Positions 52,140 through 62,513 of a DNA stretch of 64,000 bases are shown here, piece by piece. Below the pieces are notes generated by a model, which was not told the origin of the DNA, ran no database searches, and saw nothing but the letters and a program-made list of their open reading frames with translations. Position 1 is the first letter of the stretch. Each line of letters begins with the position of its first letter. The translations under genes and the position numbers were made by a program. Origin of the DNA: a virus. The stretch is from IMG/VR virus record IMGVR_UViG_3300046543_000082, positions 1 through 64,000 of that record; one strand, written 5' to 3'.

Positions 52140-53711
52140 CCCTGCTGCCGCGGCTGCCGCAAGGGTAGGAACACCAAATCCCGCTGCCGTCGCTCCGCCG
52201 CCACCTAATGCGCCGATAATTCCCATCAGCGCCGCGCGACCCGGCGTCCCGCTATCAGGATATTTCGAGCCGAGCACTTTTTGGCCAGCGCTCGACAAAT
52301 CCTGCATGAGCGCATTCCCCGTTGCTGTCGCGCCCTTTCCGACCGACTTATCGGAGCTGCGCACGGCGTTCTGGAGTTGCCCGGCGGTGAAAATGCCGTC
52401 ATTATTCATTGCACCTTGCGATCCGGCTGCAGCTCGAAGGCGCACGAATTTCGCATACGCCGCGTTGGCGTTCGAAAGATTCTGCACATCGGCAGGCGCG
52501 TTATAGCGCGTTAGCGATGTATCGATGGCGTTCTTAATTTCGCCGACAGCCTGGCCGAGTTGGCGATTATCGAACGACGCATCTCCGGTGTAGCCGCTTG
52601 CTATGCGCGACAATTCGCTCTGAGCACCCTTGAGCGTCGGTCCATCCATTTGTCCCTGCGGCCCAAGCTTACCCATCACCTGAGTTTTAAGGATATTCAT
52701 GAACGTCTGCTGCTGCGGAGCGGGAAGGTTCTGAACCATTCCCGTAAGATTCGAGATGTCCGATTGGAAGTGTGGATCGGTCGCCTTGAACGTCATGTTA
52801 GAAAGCGCGCCATCATAGGCATTGCTGATCTGAGACTTTACGGCTTGCACCGCGTCCTGCCCTACAGGCCCATCATAAGTCTTGCCAATCGGCGCTAGAA
52901 CGTCGTTGTAGACAGCTTTATTGAAGCTTTGAACTGATCGCTGCTGAGCGTTCTTTATCATGTCGCCGAGGATCGGGACGCTCGTGAGTTTGTCCTCGGT
53001 ACGTGCGAATCCGCCGCCGAGCGTTTGGCCGGGCGTCATCGTCACGCCAGCATCTGCCAACGTCCTTTGCGCGGTTCCATTGGCGCCAGAAATGACCTTC
53101 CCCAGTGCATTTGCCAGCGTTGCGCCGACCGCGCCGAAAGCTGCGCCGGTGCCTGCTTGAGTGCCTTTCTGTTGCCAATAGCCTTCCTGGCTATTCGGAT
53201 CAGAAGGCGTCATCGCCCCGCTTGCAGCACCTACAGCCGCGCCGGTTCCAATTCGACCGAGTGCAGTTGCCGTAGCGGCGGCCGGCGCTAGAGTCGCCAA
53301 CGGAGCAGTCGCAACGATATTGCCGCCGATCTTGCCCGCGGTATTCGTGAGCGGGTTCGCTGCCGCATAAGGCTGATTCTGAGTGTCTAAGTTCTTGACG
53401 CCCTGCTGCGCATCGTTGACGAGCCACGGACCAACATTGTCCGATCCCACCGCGCTCAGCCCTTTTCCAAGCAATTCTTGAGCGCCGAGAACGGTGTTTC
53501 CGAACCCATGTCCCAAGCCTGCGCCGAGCGATGCCAGATATCCAGGCGCTCCTTGTTGCGGAGGCTGCGGCGGTTGAGGCGGCTGAGCCGGAGGAGCAGA
53601 TGCAGGTTGAGCACCAGATGCGGCTTGCGCATTGTTCGCAATCAGCGCATCCAGCGGAGACGCCTGCTGAGGCGCGGCATTACTCGCAATAAGATCATCC
53701 AAGGCGCTCAT
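51987..53711 (-). CDS. Internal virion (ejection) protein
   Basis: TPGQ.LGG, PDSGT..R motifs; position. Confidence 0.75.
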   Translation of the reverse strand: MSALDDLIASNAAPQQASPLDALIANNAQAASGAQPASAPPAQPPQPPQPPQQGAPGYLASLGAGLGHGFGNTVLGAQELLGKGLSAVGSDNVGPWLVNDAQQGVKNLDTQNQPYAAANPLTNTAGKIGGNIVATAPLATLAPAAATATALGRIGTGAAVGAASGAMTPSDPNSQEGYWQQKGTQAGTGAAFGAVGATLANALGKVISGANGTAQRTLADAGVTMTPGQTLGGGFARTEDKLTSVPILGDMIKNAQQRSVQSFNKAVYNDVLAPIGKTYDGPVGQDAVQAVKSQISNAYDGALSNMTFKATDPHFQSDISNLTGMVQNLPAPQQQTFMNILKTQVMGKLGPQGQMDGPTLKGAQSELSRIASGYTGDASFDNRQLGQAVGEIKNAIDTSLTRYNAPADVQNLSNANAAYAKFVRLRAAAGSQGAMNNDGIFTAGQLQNAVRSSDKSVGKGATATGNALMQDLSSAGQKVLGSKYPDSGTPGRAALMGIIGALGGGGATAAGFGVPTLAAAAAAGLSALPYTGIGQRATQAALMARPAFAQPVGQFVQKGASPFAAALGAALANH

Positions 53712-55600
53712 TTCAGAATCCCGTTCGAGACAGCCCATTCAAGCCGCTGACGCAATTGCGGATTAGATGCCGCAGCTTTCAAAGCCTGCGCTTTTGCTGG
53801 ACCGGTTGGCATGGAATTGAAGCTCGACACCTGATTGGCGACCGCGGGCGTCATGTTCTGATCGAACTGGTTTTCCTTCTGGTTGTATGCCTTGGCATCA
53901 CCAGAGGTATAGGCGCCGGACAAGTAATCGGACTTCAGCAGACGCGTTTGAATCTGTCCGCGCAGTGTGTCAAGACCATTTTGAACCGCTTGTTTCGGTG
54001 CACCATACGAAGGAATCGAGCCGTAGACGAGATCGCGCGCTGCGTCTGAATTGATGCCGAGCTGAGAGCCGAGATTCGTCACAAGGTTGTCGCGCGACTT
54101 CTCATATTCGGCTGCGTTGGCGCTGAACAGGCCGGCGAACTTTGCTCCCGCAGGGCCGATTGTAGCCATCGAAGCACCCTGCGCAAGCTTCGACATGTTG
54201 TCCACGTCTTGAAGGGCTGCTGGCGCGCCAGAGCGAACTGTTTGCAGGTTCTGATACGACTTCTGCATCGTATCCACTTGTCCTTTGACGGTTGCCTCGG
54301 CGTTGGCTTGGGCGCCCATCGGAGCACTTGCCGCAGGCCGGCCGGACGGCGCACTACCTTGTCCGCTCCCGAAAACTCCGCTCGGGCCATTCTCGTGCAG
54401 CGCGATCGCCGTCGACAGAGCCTGGCGCTGAAGCGGGTTGGTCAGGTCGATTTTCTGGTTCGGCGGGATGCCAAGACGTTGCGAAACGTCTTTGATATAC
54501 GCCTGCGTGTCGTTCTCGTTCGGAGGAGCCCATTTCGAGATAACATCGGAAATCGTGTTGACGCCCTGCTTACCGTAGCTCGCGAGATTGCCATCGAGAG
54601 CAGCCAAGCCCGTTTGCATGTCCGGGTATTGCGCCAGTTTCCCACCGGGCATCATCGCGCCGGGGTTGTTGTTGCGCACCGGAGCAGGAGCGCTCGGATT
54701 CGTTACCTGCGCCTCATTCGAATACTCCATTTGCTGCGTTTGCGGGTTATACACTTGAACCGGCTTGAACTGAGCGCCACCAGCCGCATTCGCTGAGGCG
54801 TTGCCCTGCATGACCCCCTGAGCGCCTTGAATCGGCTGCACCTTGGCGACGTTGCCAGATGCGTCGAAAAGAGGCGTCGAGCCGTCCGGGATCGCGGGAT
54901 TGAATGCGACCGGTTGCTGAGTGAACGGATTACGCATGATGCCGGGGCCGGTAGTCGGCGCGACATAGCTGTCTTTTTGGAACTGAGCTTGATTTGCCTT
55001 CACCGGGTCGAAGCCGCCCTGTCGGGCCTGCATTGTAGCTGCGGTCGGCGCATATGCCGCAACAGTCGACTTGAACAGTTCCTTTTGCCCTTCCGGCGTC
55101 ATATACATCATTGCTGCTGCGGTCGTCGGGATGCCGTTCGGATTCAGCGGACCACCGGGCGAAAGCAATCCTCCGCTCTGTTGCGGGGCAGCAGTTTGTG
55201 CCGGCGCCGTTGATCCGCTGCTGCCAAGTGCGCTTGCCAGCGCTTGCGGATTCGCGCTCGACGAGTCACTTGACCCATCCGAAGTGCCGCCAGTGCCAGA
55301 CGATGCAGGAGGTGAACCAGTAAGAGCAGCCCATTGATTCTGTCCAAGCTGGTTGTACCCCTGCGCGACGTTTTGCTGCATCTTCGCTGCCATCAGCGCT
55401 TGGCCCAATTGAGCCAACCCACCGACCGCACTGTACTTCGGCACGATCGAATATTGGCCCGATCCGACAGCCTGGGTGTTCTGCGGCTGGAAGGATTGCT
55501 GCATCAGAGCCTGCGCTAACGCCTGCTGCTGCTGAAGCTGATATGCGTTCCCCTGAAACTGCGGAAGAACCGTCATTCCCGGCATTGCTGCGCTAGCCAT
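53708..55600 (-). CDS. Ejection protein with lysozyme-like domain
   Basis: RNNNPG...G..AL..NL..Y...G.NT...I.KWAPP.ENDT.AYI...HENG. Confidence 0.8.
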   Translation of the reverse strand: MASAAMPGMTVLPQFQGNAYQLQQQQALAQALMQQSFQPQNTQAVGSGQYSIVPKYSAVGGLAQLGQALMAAKMQQNVAQGYNQLGQNQWAALTGSPPASSGTGGTSDGSSDSSSANPQALASALGSSGSTAPAQTAAPQQSGGLLSPGGPLNPNGIPTTAAAMMYMTPEGQKELFKSTVAAYAPTAATMQARQGGFDPVKANQAQFQKDSYVAPTTGPGIMRNPFTQQPVAFNPAIPDGSTPLFDASGNVAKVQPIQGAQGVMQGNASANAAGGAQFKPVQVYNPQTQQMEYSNEAQVTNPSAPAPVRNNNPGAMMPGGKLAQYPDMQTGLAALDGNLASYGKQGVNTISDVISKWAPPNENDTQAYIKDVSQRLGIPPNQKIDLTNPLQRQALSTAIALHENGPSGVFGSGQGSAPSGRPAASAPMGAQANAEATVKGQVDTMQKSYQNLQTVRSGAPAALQDVDNMSKLAQGASMATIGPAGAKFAGLFSANAAEYEKSRDNLVTNLGSQLGINSDAARDLVYGSIPSYGAPKQAVQNGLDTLRGQIQTRLLKSDYLSGAYTSGDAKAYNQKENQFDQNMTPAVANQVSSFNSMPTGPAKAQALKAAASNPQLRQRLEWAVSNGILK

Positions 55601-56687
55601 AGATGTTCCCCTGATTCAATGCGTATGCAAGTGCTTGCCTGCGCTGCTGATCGCGCGCGAGGTTTTGCTGAAGCGATTGCGTATTCGCCACGTTTTGCTG
55701 ATTCATCGCGTAGTTCATCAGCGCAGCGTTACTCGGGCTGAAGTTATTTTGGTTCGCCGCCTGCTGATTCTGTTGCGATTGCTGCTGATTGTTCTTGCTC
55801 TGCTGGCTTAGCATCTGCTGCGCCATGTTCATGAAGGTGCTGTTATTCAGCAATCCGCCCATCGACGCGCCACCGATCGACGAGCCGCCTGCGGACGCAC
55901 CAGACAGGCCGCCTCCGAGCGCACCGCTGGCCGTGCCGCTCATGCCGCCACCAGGAAGCAAGCCGCTAAATAGACCGGTAGGTGACGACCCGAGAGCGCC
56001 CCCCATATCGCCGGCCATTGCCCCGCCAAGCCCTGAGCCGCCCGCCGAGACAGTGCCGGTCAAGCCAGCGTCGCCGAATGCAGCCGGGCCGCTGAACAAG
56101 CCTGTCAATCCGCCAGCACCGCCCGTAATCCCACCGGTCGCGGCGGCATCTGTTCCTAGACCAGTCCCTAATGCAGTCCCAGCAGTCGTGCTGCCACCCA
56201 AGCCACCAGCGCCGAATAGACCAGATAAGCCGCCGCCTCCGAACAGTCCGCCGCCCCCAGCCGCCGCAGCGCCTCCGATACCTGCATCAGCGGCGCCCGC
56301 AGCACCTGCGCCGGCTGCTGCACCCGCTCCGCTTCCTCCTGCTGCGCCCAATGCACCACCCAATGCGCCGCCAGTGAACGCCGAGCCGATCCCGATCCCG
56401 ATCGCATCGCCGGGCTTCGCATATGCCGTGTTTGCTAGGTTGTTGACGATTCCAATTTTGCGCAACGGATTGACAGCAGAATCCATCTTGTTAATCGGCT
56501 GCGCGATCGGCTGGAGCACCTGATTCGTCATCTTCGGAATCTGATGCGACGTGAGGTTCACCCACTTATCGCCGATCCCGCCGGGAATCCATGCGATAGG
56601 ATCAGTCCACTTTTGGATTTTCCCGCCGATAGCGCCAATCGGCGAATCTTGGTTGCCAGCGCTGAGCGAATTTCCGAAGACGCCCAT
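55593..56687 (-). CDS. Gly-rich internal virion protein
   Basis: Core shared with 15519-16523. Confidence 0.75.
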   Translation of the reverse strand: MGVFGNSLSAGNQDSPIGAIGGKIQKWTDPIAWIPGGIGDKWVNLTSHQIPKMTNQVLQPIAQPINKMDSAVNPLRKIGIVNNLANTAYAKPGDAIGIGIGSAFTGGALGGALGAAGGSGAGAAAGAGAAGAADAGIGGAAAAGGGGLFGGGGLSGLFGAGGLGGSTTAGTALGTGLGTDAAATGGITGGAGGLTGLFSGPAAFGDAGLTGTVSAGGSGLGGAMAGDMGGALGSSPTGLFSGLLPGGGMSGTASGALGGGLSGASAGGSSIGGASMGGLLNNSTFMNMAQQMLSQQSKNNQQQSQQNQQAANQNNFSPSNAALMNYAMNQQNVANTQSLQQNLARDQQRRQALAYALNQGNIYG

Positions 56688-58418
56688 TTAAGCCGCCATT
56701 TGGTAGTTGACGCGATCGAAGCCGTCGGCGCCGCGGCGCACAGCCTGCGGAGCAATCTTGCGCACCTCGTCTGCCATGAACCCAAGATGCCGGACGTTCT
56801 TCGGTTCCCACATGTACCGGTAGGTATAGACGCCCAACCCATTCGCCCATGTCCCAACGCGCCTGATGGAGCGCTTTGCGCGACGATCGGACATCATCAT
56901 GCCCATGATGCCGGCAGAGCCAAGACCGAATAGACCGCTCATCATGTTGTTGGAACTAGCTTGTCCTGCGTTGTAACCAGCGAGTTGACCTTGATACTGG
57001 TTGTTGTAGAGGCCGGCCATGTCCGCTGGAGCCGCACTGCTCTGTCCGGTGCCCGAATACCCTGGGATCAGGCTCGCGATACTGCCGAGTTGCGAGTATG
57101 GGAGGTTCGCATTCGAGGAAAGCTGGCCCATTAACCCGGATTGCGCGCCATATGTGTTGCCTTGCTGACCGTACAAAGCGCCAGCGTTGGAAATGTTGCT
57201 ACCCTGAAGGCCGTACAATCCGGCCTGCTGCCCGGTGAGTCCTGCCTGCTGCCCGTAGAGTCCTGCCTGCTGGCCCGTGATCCCCGTCTGTTGGCCGACA
57301 AGACCTGCCTGTTGACCGGTAAGCCCGCTTTGCTGGCCGATAAGACCGGCCTGAGCGCCAAGCATGTTTCCTTGCTGACCATACAGATTCGCCGAGTTCA
57401 TCAGGTTCGAACCCTGCTGGCCGAGCAATCCGGCTTGGGTATTGATGCCGGAAATCTGATTTTGCAAATTCTGGGCGCCGAGTTGCGATCCGGTCATGAT
57501 CGCTTGGTTCTGCGCGTTGCTATATGCCTGCTGCTTCGTGTTATTGAAGTTCGTCTGAGCGTTGTTGTACGCCTCTGAACCTGGGGTCAGTCCTTGATTG
57601 GCAAGCTGCGCGCTCAGCGATTCGCCCTGCTGGGAGAATTGTGGATTCAGATATTGCGTCTGCGCCGCATAGGCCGCGTTTTGCCCCTGCTGCTGCGCGG
57701 CCTTGGCTGCTCCCTGATCGAGTTGCGACCCGAGGCCGCCAAGCTGACCATTGATGCCGCCTAATTGAGACTGAAGCGAATTCAGCCCCCCGCCGAGCGA
57801 TGCATATTGAGAGCCTAGATTCCCCAACCCTTGGGACTGTCCAGCGTAGGCTCCGTTGAGTCCATAAAGCGATTGCGTTTGATCGCCGTAGTTATTGTTC
57901 AGCCCGTTAAGACCGTGGCTGATGTCGCCGTACTGGTTATTTAGATTGCTAATACCTTGGTTAAGCCCAAGCTGCTGCTGCGCCAAGCCGGAGAACTGGT
58001 AACCGAGGCCGTTGTAATTGTTGTTAAGCGAATAAAGACCGGTGAGAGCATCCTGATTCACCTGTCCACTATTCGATGCCTGCCCGAGAAGACCATTAAG
58101 GGCGCCGGTGAGTTGCGGGTTAGCGCTTACCTGAGTGTTGTAGATCGGTGCGCCGGTCTTCGGATCGGTGCCGGTCTGCGTGGTCTGTTGAGAACCAAAC
58201 GGATTGTTATAGTTGTTGAGATTCAGCGCTTTGTTGTAGGCGGCAGTATCCGTATTCGTCTGTGTTGTGGCTGCTGCGACCTTCGCAGGATCAGGCGGCG
58301 GTGGCGCGCTTCCACCGCCGCCGCCGCTCTTGCCTTCCAATGTTTCCGGGCGATTCTTGAACAGCGCTCGGCGAAATGCGAGCGCCGGCAAATCAGGCTG
58401 ATCGAAGTAATGCCGCAT
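56688..58418 (-). CDS. Gln/Gly-rich pilot-like protein with heptad repeats and C-terminal S74 chaperone
   Basis: LxGQQAG repeats; SDRRAKRSI...GL.VY.YRY...GFMADEV. Confidence 0.8.
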   Translation of the reverse strand: MRHYFDQPDLPALAFRRALFKNRPETLEGKSGGGGGSAPPPPDPAKVAAATTQTNTDTAAYNKALNLNNYNNPFGSQQTTQTGTDPKTGAPIYNTQVSANPQLTGALNGLLGQASNSGQVNQDALTGLYSLNNNYNGLGYQFSGLAQQQLGLNQGISNLNNQYGDISHGLNGLNNNYGDQTQSLYGLNGAYAGQSQGLGNLGSQYASLGGGLNSLQSQLGGINGQLGGLGSQLDQGAAKAAQQQGQNAAYAAQTQYLNPQFSQQGESLSAQLANQGLTPGSEAYNNAQTNFNNTKQQAYSNAQNQAIMTGSQLGAQNLQNQISGINTQAGLLGQQGSNLMNSANLYGQQGNMLGAQAGLIGQQSGLTGQQAGLVGQQTGITGQQAGLYGQQAGLTGQQAGLYGLQGSNISNAGALYGQQGNTYGAQSGLMGQLSSNANLPYSQLGSIASLIPGYSGTGQSSAAPADMAGLYNNQYQGQLAGYNAGQASSNNMMSGLFGLGSAGIMGMMMSDRRAKRSIRRVGTWANGLGVYTYRYMWEPKNVRHLGFMADEVRKIAPQAVRRGADGFDRVNYQMAA

Positions 58419-58839
58419 GATGTTTCCCTTCTAGGAAGCGGCACTCTCGTTTGAGCATGCCATAAATTATAAGATCAGAACCGTCAGCGCATCCTTCCCG
58501 CATGATGCCTTCCTGCATAAAACCAAGATGCTGTACGAAGCGGCGCGAATCACAATTATCGGCACGCACGTTTGCAGTAATGCGAGAGCATCGGATTTGT
58601 AGAAATGGATACCGGAAGATGGAAGACAGGTATGCCGGCGTTAGCCAATGGCGCGACCCGTCAGAAGCGATATGCGTATGAACGGAGATGCCGGTATAGC
58701 ATTCGTATAAAACCCCAGCGACGAGTTCGCCGTCTTTCTCAAGTCCTATCGCCGTGTAGTTGAATAGCTCTTTCTCGCCGACGCGCTCAGCCACGAAGCG
58801 CATGACGCGCTCCGGTTGATCCCACACAATTCGCTTCAT
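58393..58839 (-). CDS. GNAT (RimJ/RimL-like) acetyltransferase
   Basis: F.YPF.Q..C.RIT..V..DN..S..F...LGF..EG..R. Confidence 0.88.
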   Translation of the reverse strand: MKRIVWDQPERVMRFVAERVGEKELFNYTAIGLEKDGELVAGVLYECYTGISVHTHIASDGSRHWLTPAYLSSIFRYPFLQIRCSRITANVRADNCDSRRFVQHLGFMQEGIMREGCADGSDLIIYGMLKRECRFLEGKHHAALLRSA

Positions 58840-60416
58840 ACGGTCCAGCCGGTCTCAAACACGATGTCAGAGGCCGCCCAGTGCGTCTCTGTACCGTTGA
58901 TGGCTGCCTTGAGGGTTGGCGATCCAGTCATGCCGACGCCAACGACGCCCTGCCATGCCTTGGCGATCTGAAGCGAGCCGCCCCAGATGCCAGAATCCCA
59001 AATGGCGCTATCCCATATGCCGAAGTTGGTCGGGAGGTAATTTAGCGTTGAATTCGGGATGTTCTGGTCATAGTCGACGTTGATTCCGGCCGCTAGGGCT
59101 GGCGCACCGTTCGTCCACAGGATCGGTCGCATCATCGTGAAGCGCTTCTGAAGCGGCGTCCCGAACTCGTTGAATGCCTGCTGCGCTATGGTGTTGATGT
59201 TCGTGCTGTTGTCAGATAAGCCATTCCATGCAAGGCCGACATATCCAGTGCTCGCGAAGTAAATCTGATCTTTGTAGCGTTCCCAATGATTCGCGTTCCA
59301 ACCCGTGAAGTTGCACCACGCGCCGGTGATCGTGTTCATGACGTATTGCTGCTGCTGCCCTGACCCAATAGGGATATTCAGAATCAGCATGTTCTCCAGA
59401 GGAAAGAGAACGAGACACCACCCGTAATTGTTCGGGTAAAGGCTAGTCGCTTGGGAAATCGCGCCCTGAATCTTCCCGGTCAGGTTCAAGTTGCTGTTGA
59501 CGCGGGTCGAACCAAGCAATGCAGAGATCGGGCCAAGGCCGTCTTTGCCGATGTAGAGCAGATCGCCGCCGTACTTCATGAACGATCGGAAGCCCATCGG
59601 CGTACCGACCTGATATGTGCCTTTCTTCGCGAATGTGGATGCCTGGGAAGGGTCTGTGCCGCCATAGACGGCAATCTCGCCTTCGCTGGTCGCGAGCACG
59701 AGATAATCCTGCATTCCTTCGCCACCGTCGACAGTCCAGATACCCATCGCGACAAGGAAGCCGCCTCGCTTGAAGATCGGCGAAAAGTCGAATTGTGACG
59801 CCGCACCGCCAACCTGGCCGACCGGGAGATACCATGCGTGGAGGGTATTCTTTTCGATAAACCAGACGCGCGAGGCGAAGACTTCGACAAATGACAGATT
59901 GTTCGGATTGACGCCGGTGATCGAAATAGGCGTCGAACTCGAAGTGACGTTCTGCCAAGTCGTGCCGTTATAGACGTAATATCCATCCTGCCCATTCACA
60001 AGACACATGAACGGGCCGGCGCTCGTCGCAAAGTTGGTGTATGACCATTTGTCGTTAGTGAATCCGGTAACGGAAGGCGCGCCGATTGCGCCGCCGCCGC
60101 TGATGTCGTAGATGGACGCACCAGACGCCGCGAATAGCTTGCTGGTGCCTGTTGCCGGGTTGAACGGCATGACCGTGTTGACGTCGCCCGCAAACCCAGT
60201 CGCCCACTTCGTGAAGCCTGCGCGACCCATCACATCGGAAGTCGTAGGAAACCAGTTCGTGAGCGTTACGGCATCTTCGGGCGGCATCTGTGCGAGCGAA
60301 TCACGCGCATTCCAGCCACCAATAGGCGCCGGGAGATTGACCGTGGTCGAGCGCTGCCCTTGGGCCTGCCTGCGCGCGCGCTGGGCCGCTGCTGCAATAC
60401 CCGTGATATTGGTCAT
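58836..60416 (-). CDS. Tail nozzle / stabilization protein
   Basis: PAP.GGWNARD.LA.M...DA..L.NWFP. Confidence 0.75.
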   Translation of the reverse strand: MTNITGIAAAAQRARRQAQGQRSTTVNLPAPIGGWNARDSLAQMPPEDAVTLTNWFPTTSDVMGRAGFTKWATGFAGDVNTVMPFNPATGTSKLFAASGASIYDISGGGAIGAPSVTGFTNDKWSYTNFATSAGPFMCLVNGQDGYYVYNGTTWQNVTSSSTPISITGVNPNNLSFVEVFASRVWFIEKNTLHAWYLPVGQVGGAASQFDFSPIFKRGGFLVAMGIWTVDGGEGMQDYLVLATSEGEIAVYGGTDPSQASTFAKKGTYQVGTPMGFRSFMKYGGDLLYIGKDGLGPISALLGSTRVNSNLNLTGKIQGAISQATSLYPNNYGWCLVLFPLENMLILNIPIGSGQQQQYVMNTITGAWCNFTGWNANHWERYKDQIYFASTGYVGLAWNGLSDNSTNINTIAQQAFNEFGTPLQKRFTMMRPILWTNGAPALAAGINVDYDQNIPNSTLNYLPTNFGIWDSAIWDSGIWGGSLQIAKAWQGVVGVGMTGSPTLKAAINGTETHWAASDIVFETGWTV

Positions 60417-61333
60417 TGAGTCATGCCGTAGTTCGAGTCCGGGATGTTCTCCGGCCCAAGCAGGACTTGGCTAAGCCGCGGCGCGAACGAAAGCATCGGC
60501 GCGCCTTGTTCTTCGCCCTTGATCGACGAAAGGATGGCGTCGTATTCCGCCTGCAAAATCTGCGTCTCGAAGCCCTTGATGCCGAAGTACTTCAGCTTCA
60601 GACCGGCGACCATCAGCCTGTCATCGAACTGGCACGTATCGGTGTCGCTCGTGAACGAGCCTTTCGGCGTCCCGCTGACATCCGTCACCCAGTATTTCGA
60701 GACATACTCGAAGCCGAGGTATTCAGACGTGCTAACGCCCGGCCAAATCTGAAAGGTGTTGCCGAGGATTCGCCAACGGATGCGCGGGCCGGTCGCGATA
60801 TAGCCGGATTTCAGCCATTGCCACTGTTGCGGGCTTTCCGGCCCGAGCATTTCCCAGTGCTTCGACTTATCCCATTGCGTACGGTCGATGATGCGCTGGT
60901 AGTCCGCCGGGAACGCGTACTTGGTCTGCGCGAACGTCAGCGTTACGCCAGTTCCACTCGCCGCGGCCGCCTGGCTCATCGTCACCTGCGTCGACGAATC
61001 AACCGATTGGACGTACGTGTCCTGATTGATGCCGCTTCCGGTCACCATGTACGTGCCGGCGACAATCCCGGCTGTCGATGGAATGCCCGTGATGACGGCC
61101 GAGCCGCCCGTCACGTTGCCGGTCTGGATCGCCCATTGACTGGTGAAACGGTATTCGGTCGTCAGAGCCTGCCAATTGAATGCAGGCTCGCGAATCAAGT
61201 CGTAGCCGACCGCGTTGAGCAACGCAAGCTGCTGCGTCGTGTCTTGGGCTGTATTGCCCGCAACTGAAAACGGCACAGCAAGCCCCAATTCTCCGGTAGC
61301 CTGCTGCACAAGCTGCAACATGGTCGACGACAT
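60413..61333 (-). CDS. Head-tail adaptor protein
   Basis: LQLVQQ...ELGL, WQAL, P.DY......TQWD. Confidence 0.75.
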   Translation of the reverse strand: MSSTMLQLVQQATGELGLAVPFSVAGNTAQDTTQQLALLNAVGYDLIREPAFNWQALTTEYRFTSQWAIQTGNVTGGSAVITGIPSTAGIVAGTYMVTGSGINQDTYVQSVDSSTQVTMSQAAAASGTGVTLTFAQTKYAFPADYQRIIDRTQWDKSKHWEMLGPESPQQWQWLKSGYIATGPRIRWRILGNTFQIWPGVSTSEYLGFEYVSKYWVTDVSGTPKGSFTSDTDTCQFDDRLMVAGLKLKYFGIKGFETQILQAEYDAILSSIKGEEQGAPMLSFAPRLSQVLLGPENIPDSNYGMTQ

Positions 61334-61336
61334 GGA

Positions 61337-61933
61337 TTACGCCTCTTTCCGGGGACGGCCGGGACCGCGCTTTTCGGGGTCCATCGCTTGCATTGCTTCG
61401 AGTTGCGAGCCGAGCCGCAGCACAGTCGCCTTCAGGTCTTCGATTTCCTGATTGCGGAGCATGAGGTCTTCGGCCTGCTTCTGAGCGAGGGACGAGTCTT
61501 TCGCCGAAGCGATGTAGGCTGCCGCCTTCGTGCGCATCTCGTAGCAGCCCATGCCGATGCGCTGGCATTGCTGGTCGGAGCATTCGGCCAATTGCTCGAC
61601 CGTATGGAATTCGAGCGCCTTCAGCTTCGCCACCGTCGCAACATCCAGGCGCGGCCAATCTTCAATCGGCGTGCCGGATTCAGGGCGATAGGTCGTGCGG
61701 CGCTCGTATGCCGCCCACTGATGCGGCCATTCGTCCTTGTCCTCGTCGCGCATCGGCCGCTCGATGACGTTCGTTGGATCGCCCGGATTGCACTTCTTGA
61801 TCATGGGAATCAGATCGAATTCGGGCTTTCCGCTCTCTTTGCTGCGGAATTCGTTGAAGCGCTTGCCAGGGTAAAACTCGACCCACAGACCAGCCTTCGG
61901 GTTCTGCGAATCACTTTCCAGTGCTTGGTACAT
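61337..61933 (-). CDS. Conserved head-region protein
   Basis: GTPIEDWP...TVEQLA..SD; C-terminal GPGRPRK. Confidence 0.75.
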   Translation of the reverse strand: MYQALESDSQNPKAGLWVEFYPGKRFNEFRSKESGKPEFDLIPMIKKCNPGDPTNVIERPMRDEDKDEWPHQWAAYERRTTYRPESGTPIEDWPRLDVATVAKLKALEFHTVEQLAECSDQQCQRIGMGCYEMRTKAAAYIASAKDSSLAQKQAEDLMLRNQEIEDLKATVLRLGSQLEAMQAMDPEKRGPGRPRKEA

Positions 61934-61957
61934 GCTTTTCTCCGTGGGTATGTCTTG

Positions 61958-62155
61958 TTATGCGGCCGGCGTTTCAACCGATGCGACTACAGCCTCGACT
62001 TCTGTCTTCACCGCTTCGACAGGCTTGGCTGCTTCTGCGACGGCATGTTCTAGAACCGTGTCGGCAAACGGGATCGGATTCAAAGAACCATTCACCTTCG
62101 CCAGTGCGCGCGCCATCAGATGCACGAAATCCTTCATCTCTTGGGTCAGATTCAT
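61958..62155 (-). CDS. Small hypothetical protein
   Basis: GGAG RBS; start MNLTQE. Confidence 0.55.
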   Translation of the reverse strand: MNLTQEMKDFVHLMARALAKVNGSLNPIPFADTVLEHAVAEAAKPVEAVKTEVEAVVASVETPAA

Positions 62156-62165
62156 TTCAAGCTCC

Positions 62166-62193
62166 AAAAAAAGGGGCGCCATATAGACGCCCC
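62166..62193 (-). terminator. Intrinsic terminator after capsid/decoration genes
   Basis: GGGGCG stem and T7 on minus strand. Confidence 0.75.
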
Positions 62194-62215
62194 AAAGGTG
62201 CCACGGGAGAAACTG

Positions 62216-62512
62216 TTAGACCGATGCCTTCGAGAACCAGCCGTAATCGCCGGTCGACATGTTGGTTGCCGGCGACGTGTATGCGCCCGCCGATGCCGTC
62301 ACGAGGAAGGTCACCGGGTCGACCGTGCAAGCGGTCGTGGATGCAGTGATCGAAGCATTGGCCTTGCCAAAGACGTAGCGCAAGCCGTTGCTGCCGAAGA
62401 CTTGCTCGCCGAGGTTGACGGGCACAGTCCGAGCGCCCGATGCAATGTCGGTTGCAAGGATCGTGTTAATCAGATCGAAGCCGATCTGGGGAGTGACTGA
62501 GAAAGCTGGCAT
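62216..62512 (-). CDS. Capsid decoration/cement protein candidate
   Basis: 98 aa, beta-rich, ends GDYGWF; after capsid gene. Confidence 0.65.
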   Translation of the reverse strand: MPAFSVTPQIGFDLINTILATDIASGARTVPVNLGEQVFGSNGLRYVFGKANASITASTTACTVDPVTFLVTASAGAYTSPATNMSTGDYGWFSKASV

Positions 62513-62513
62513 T

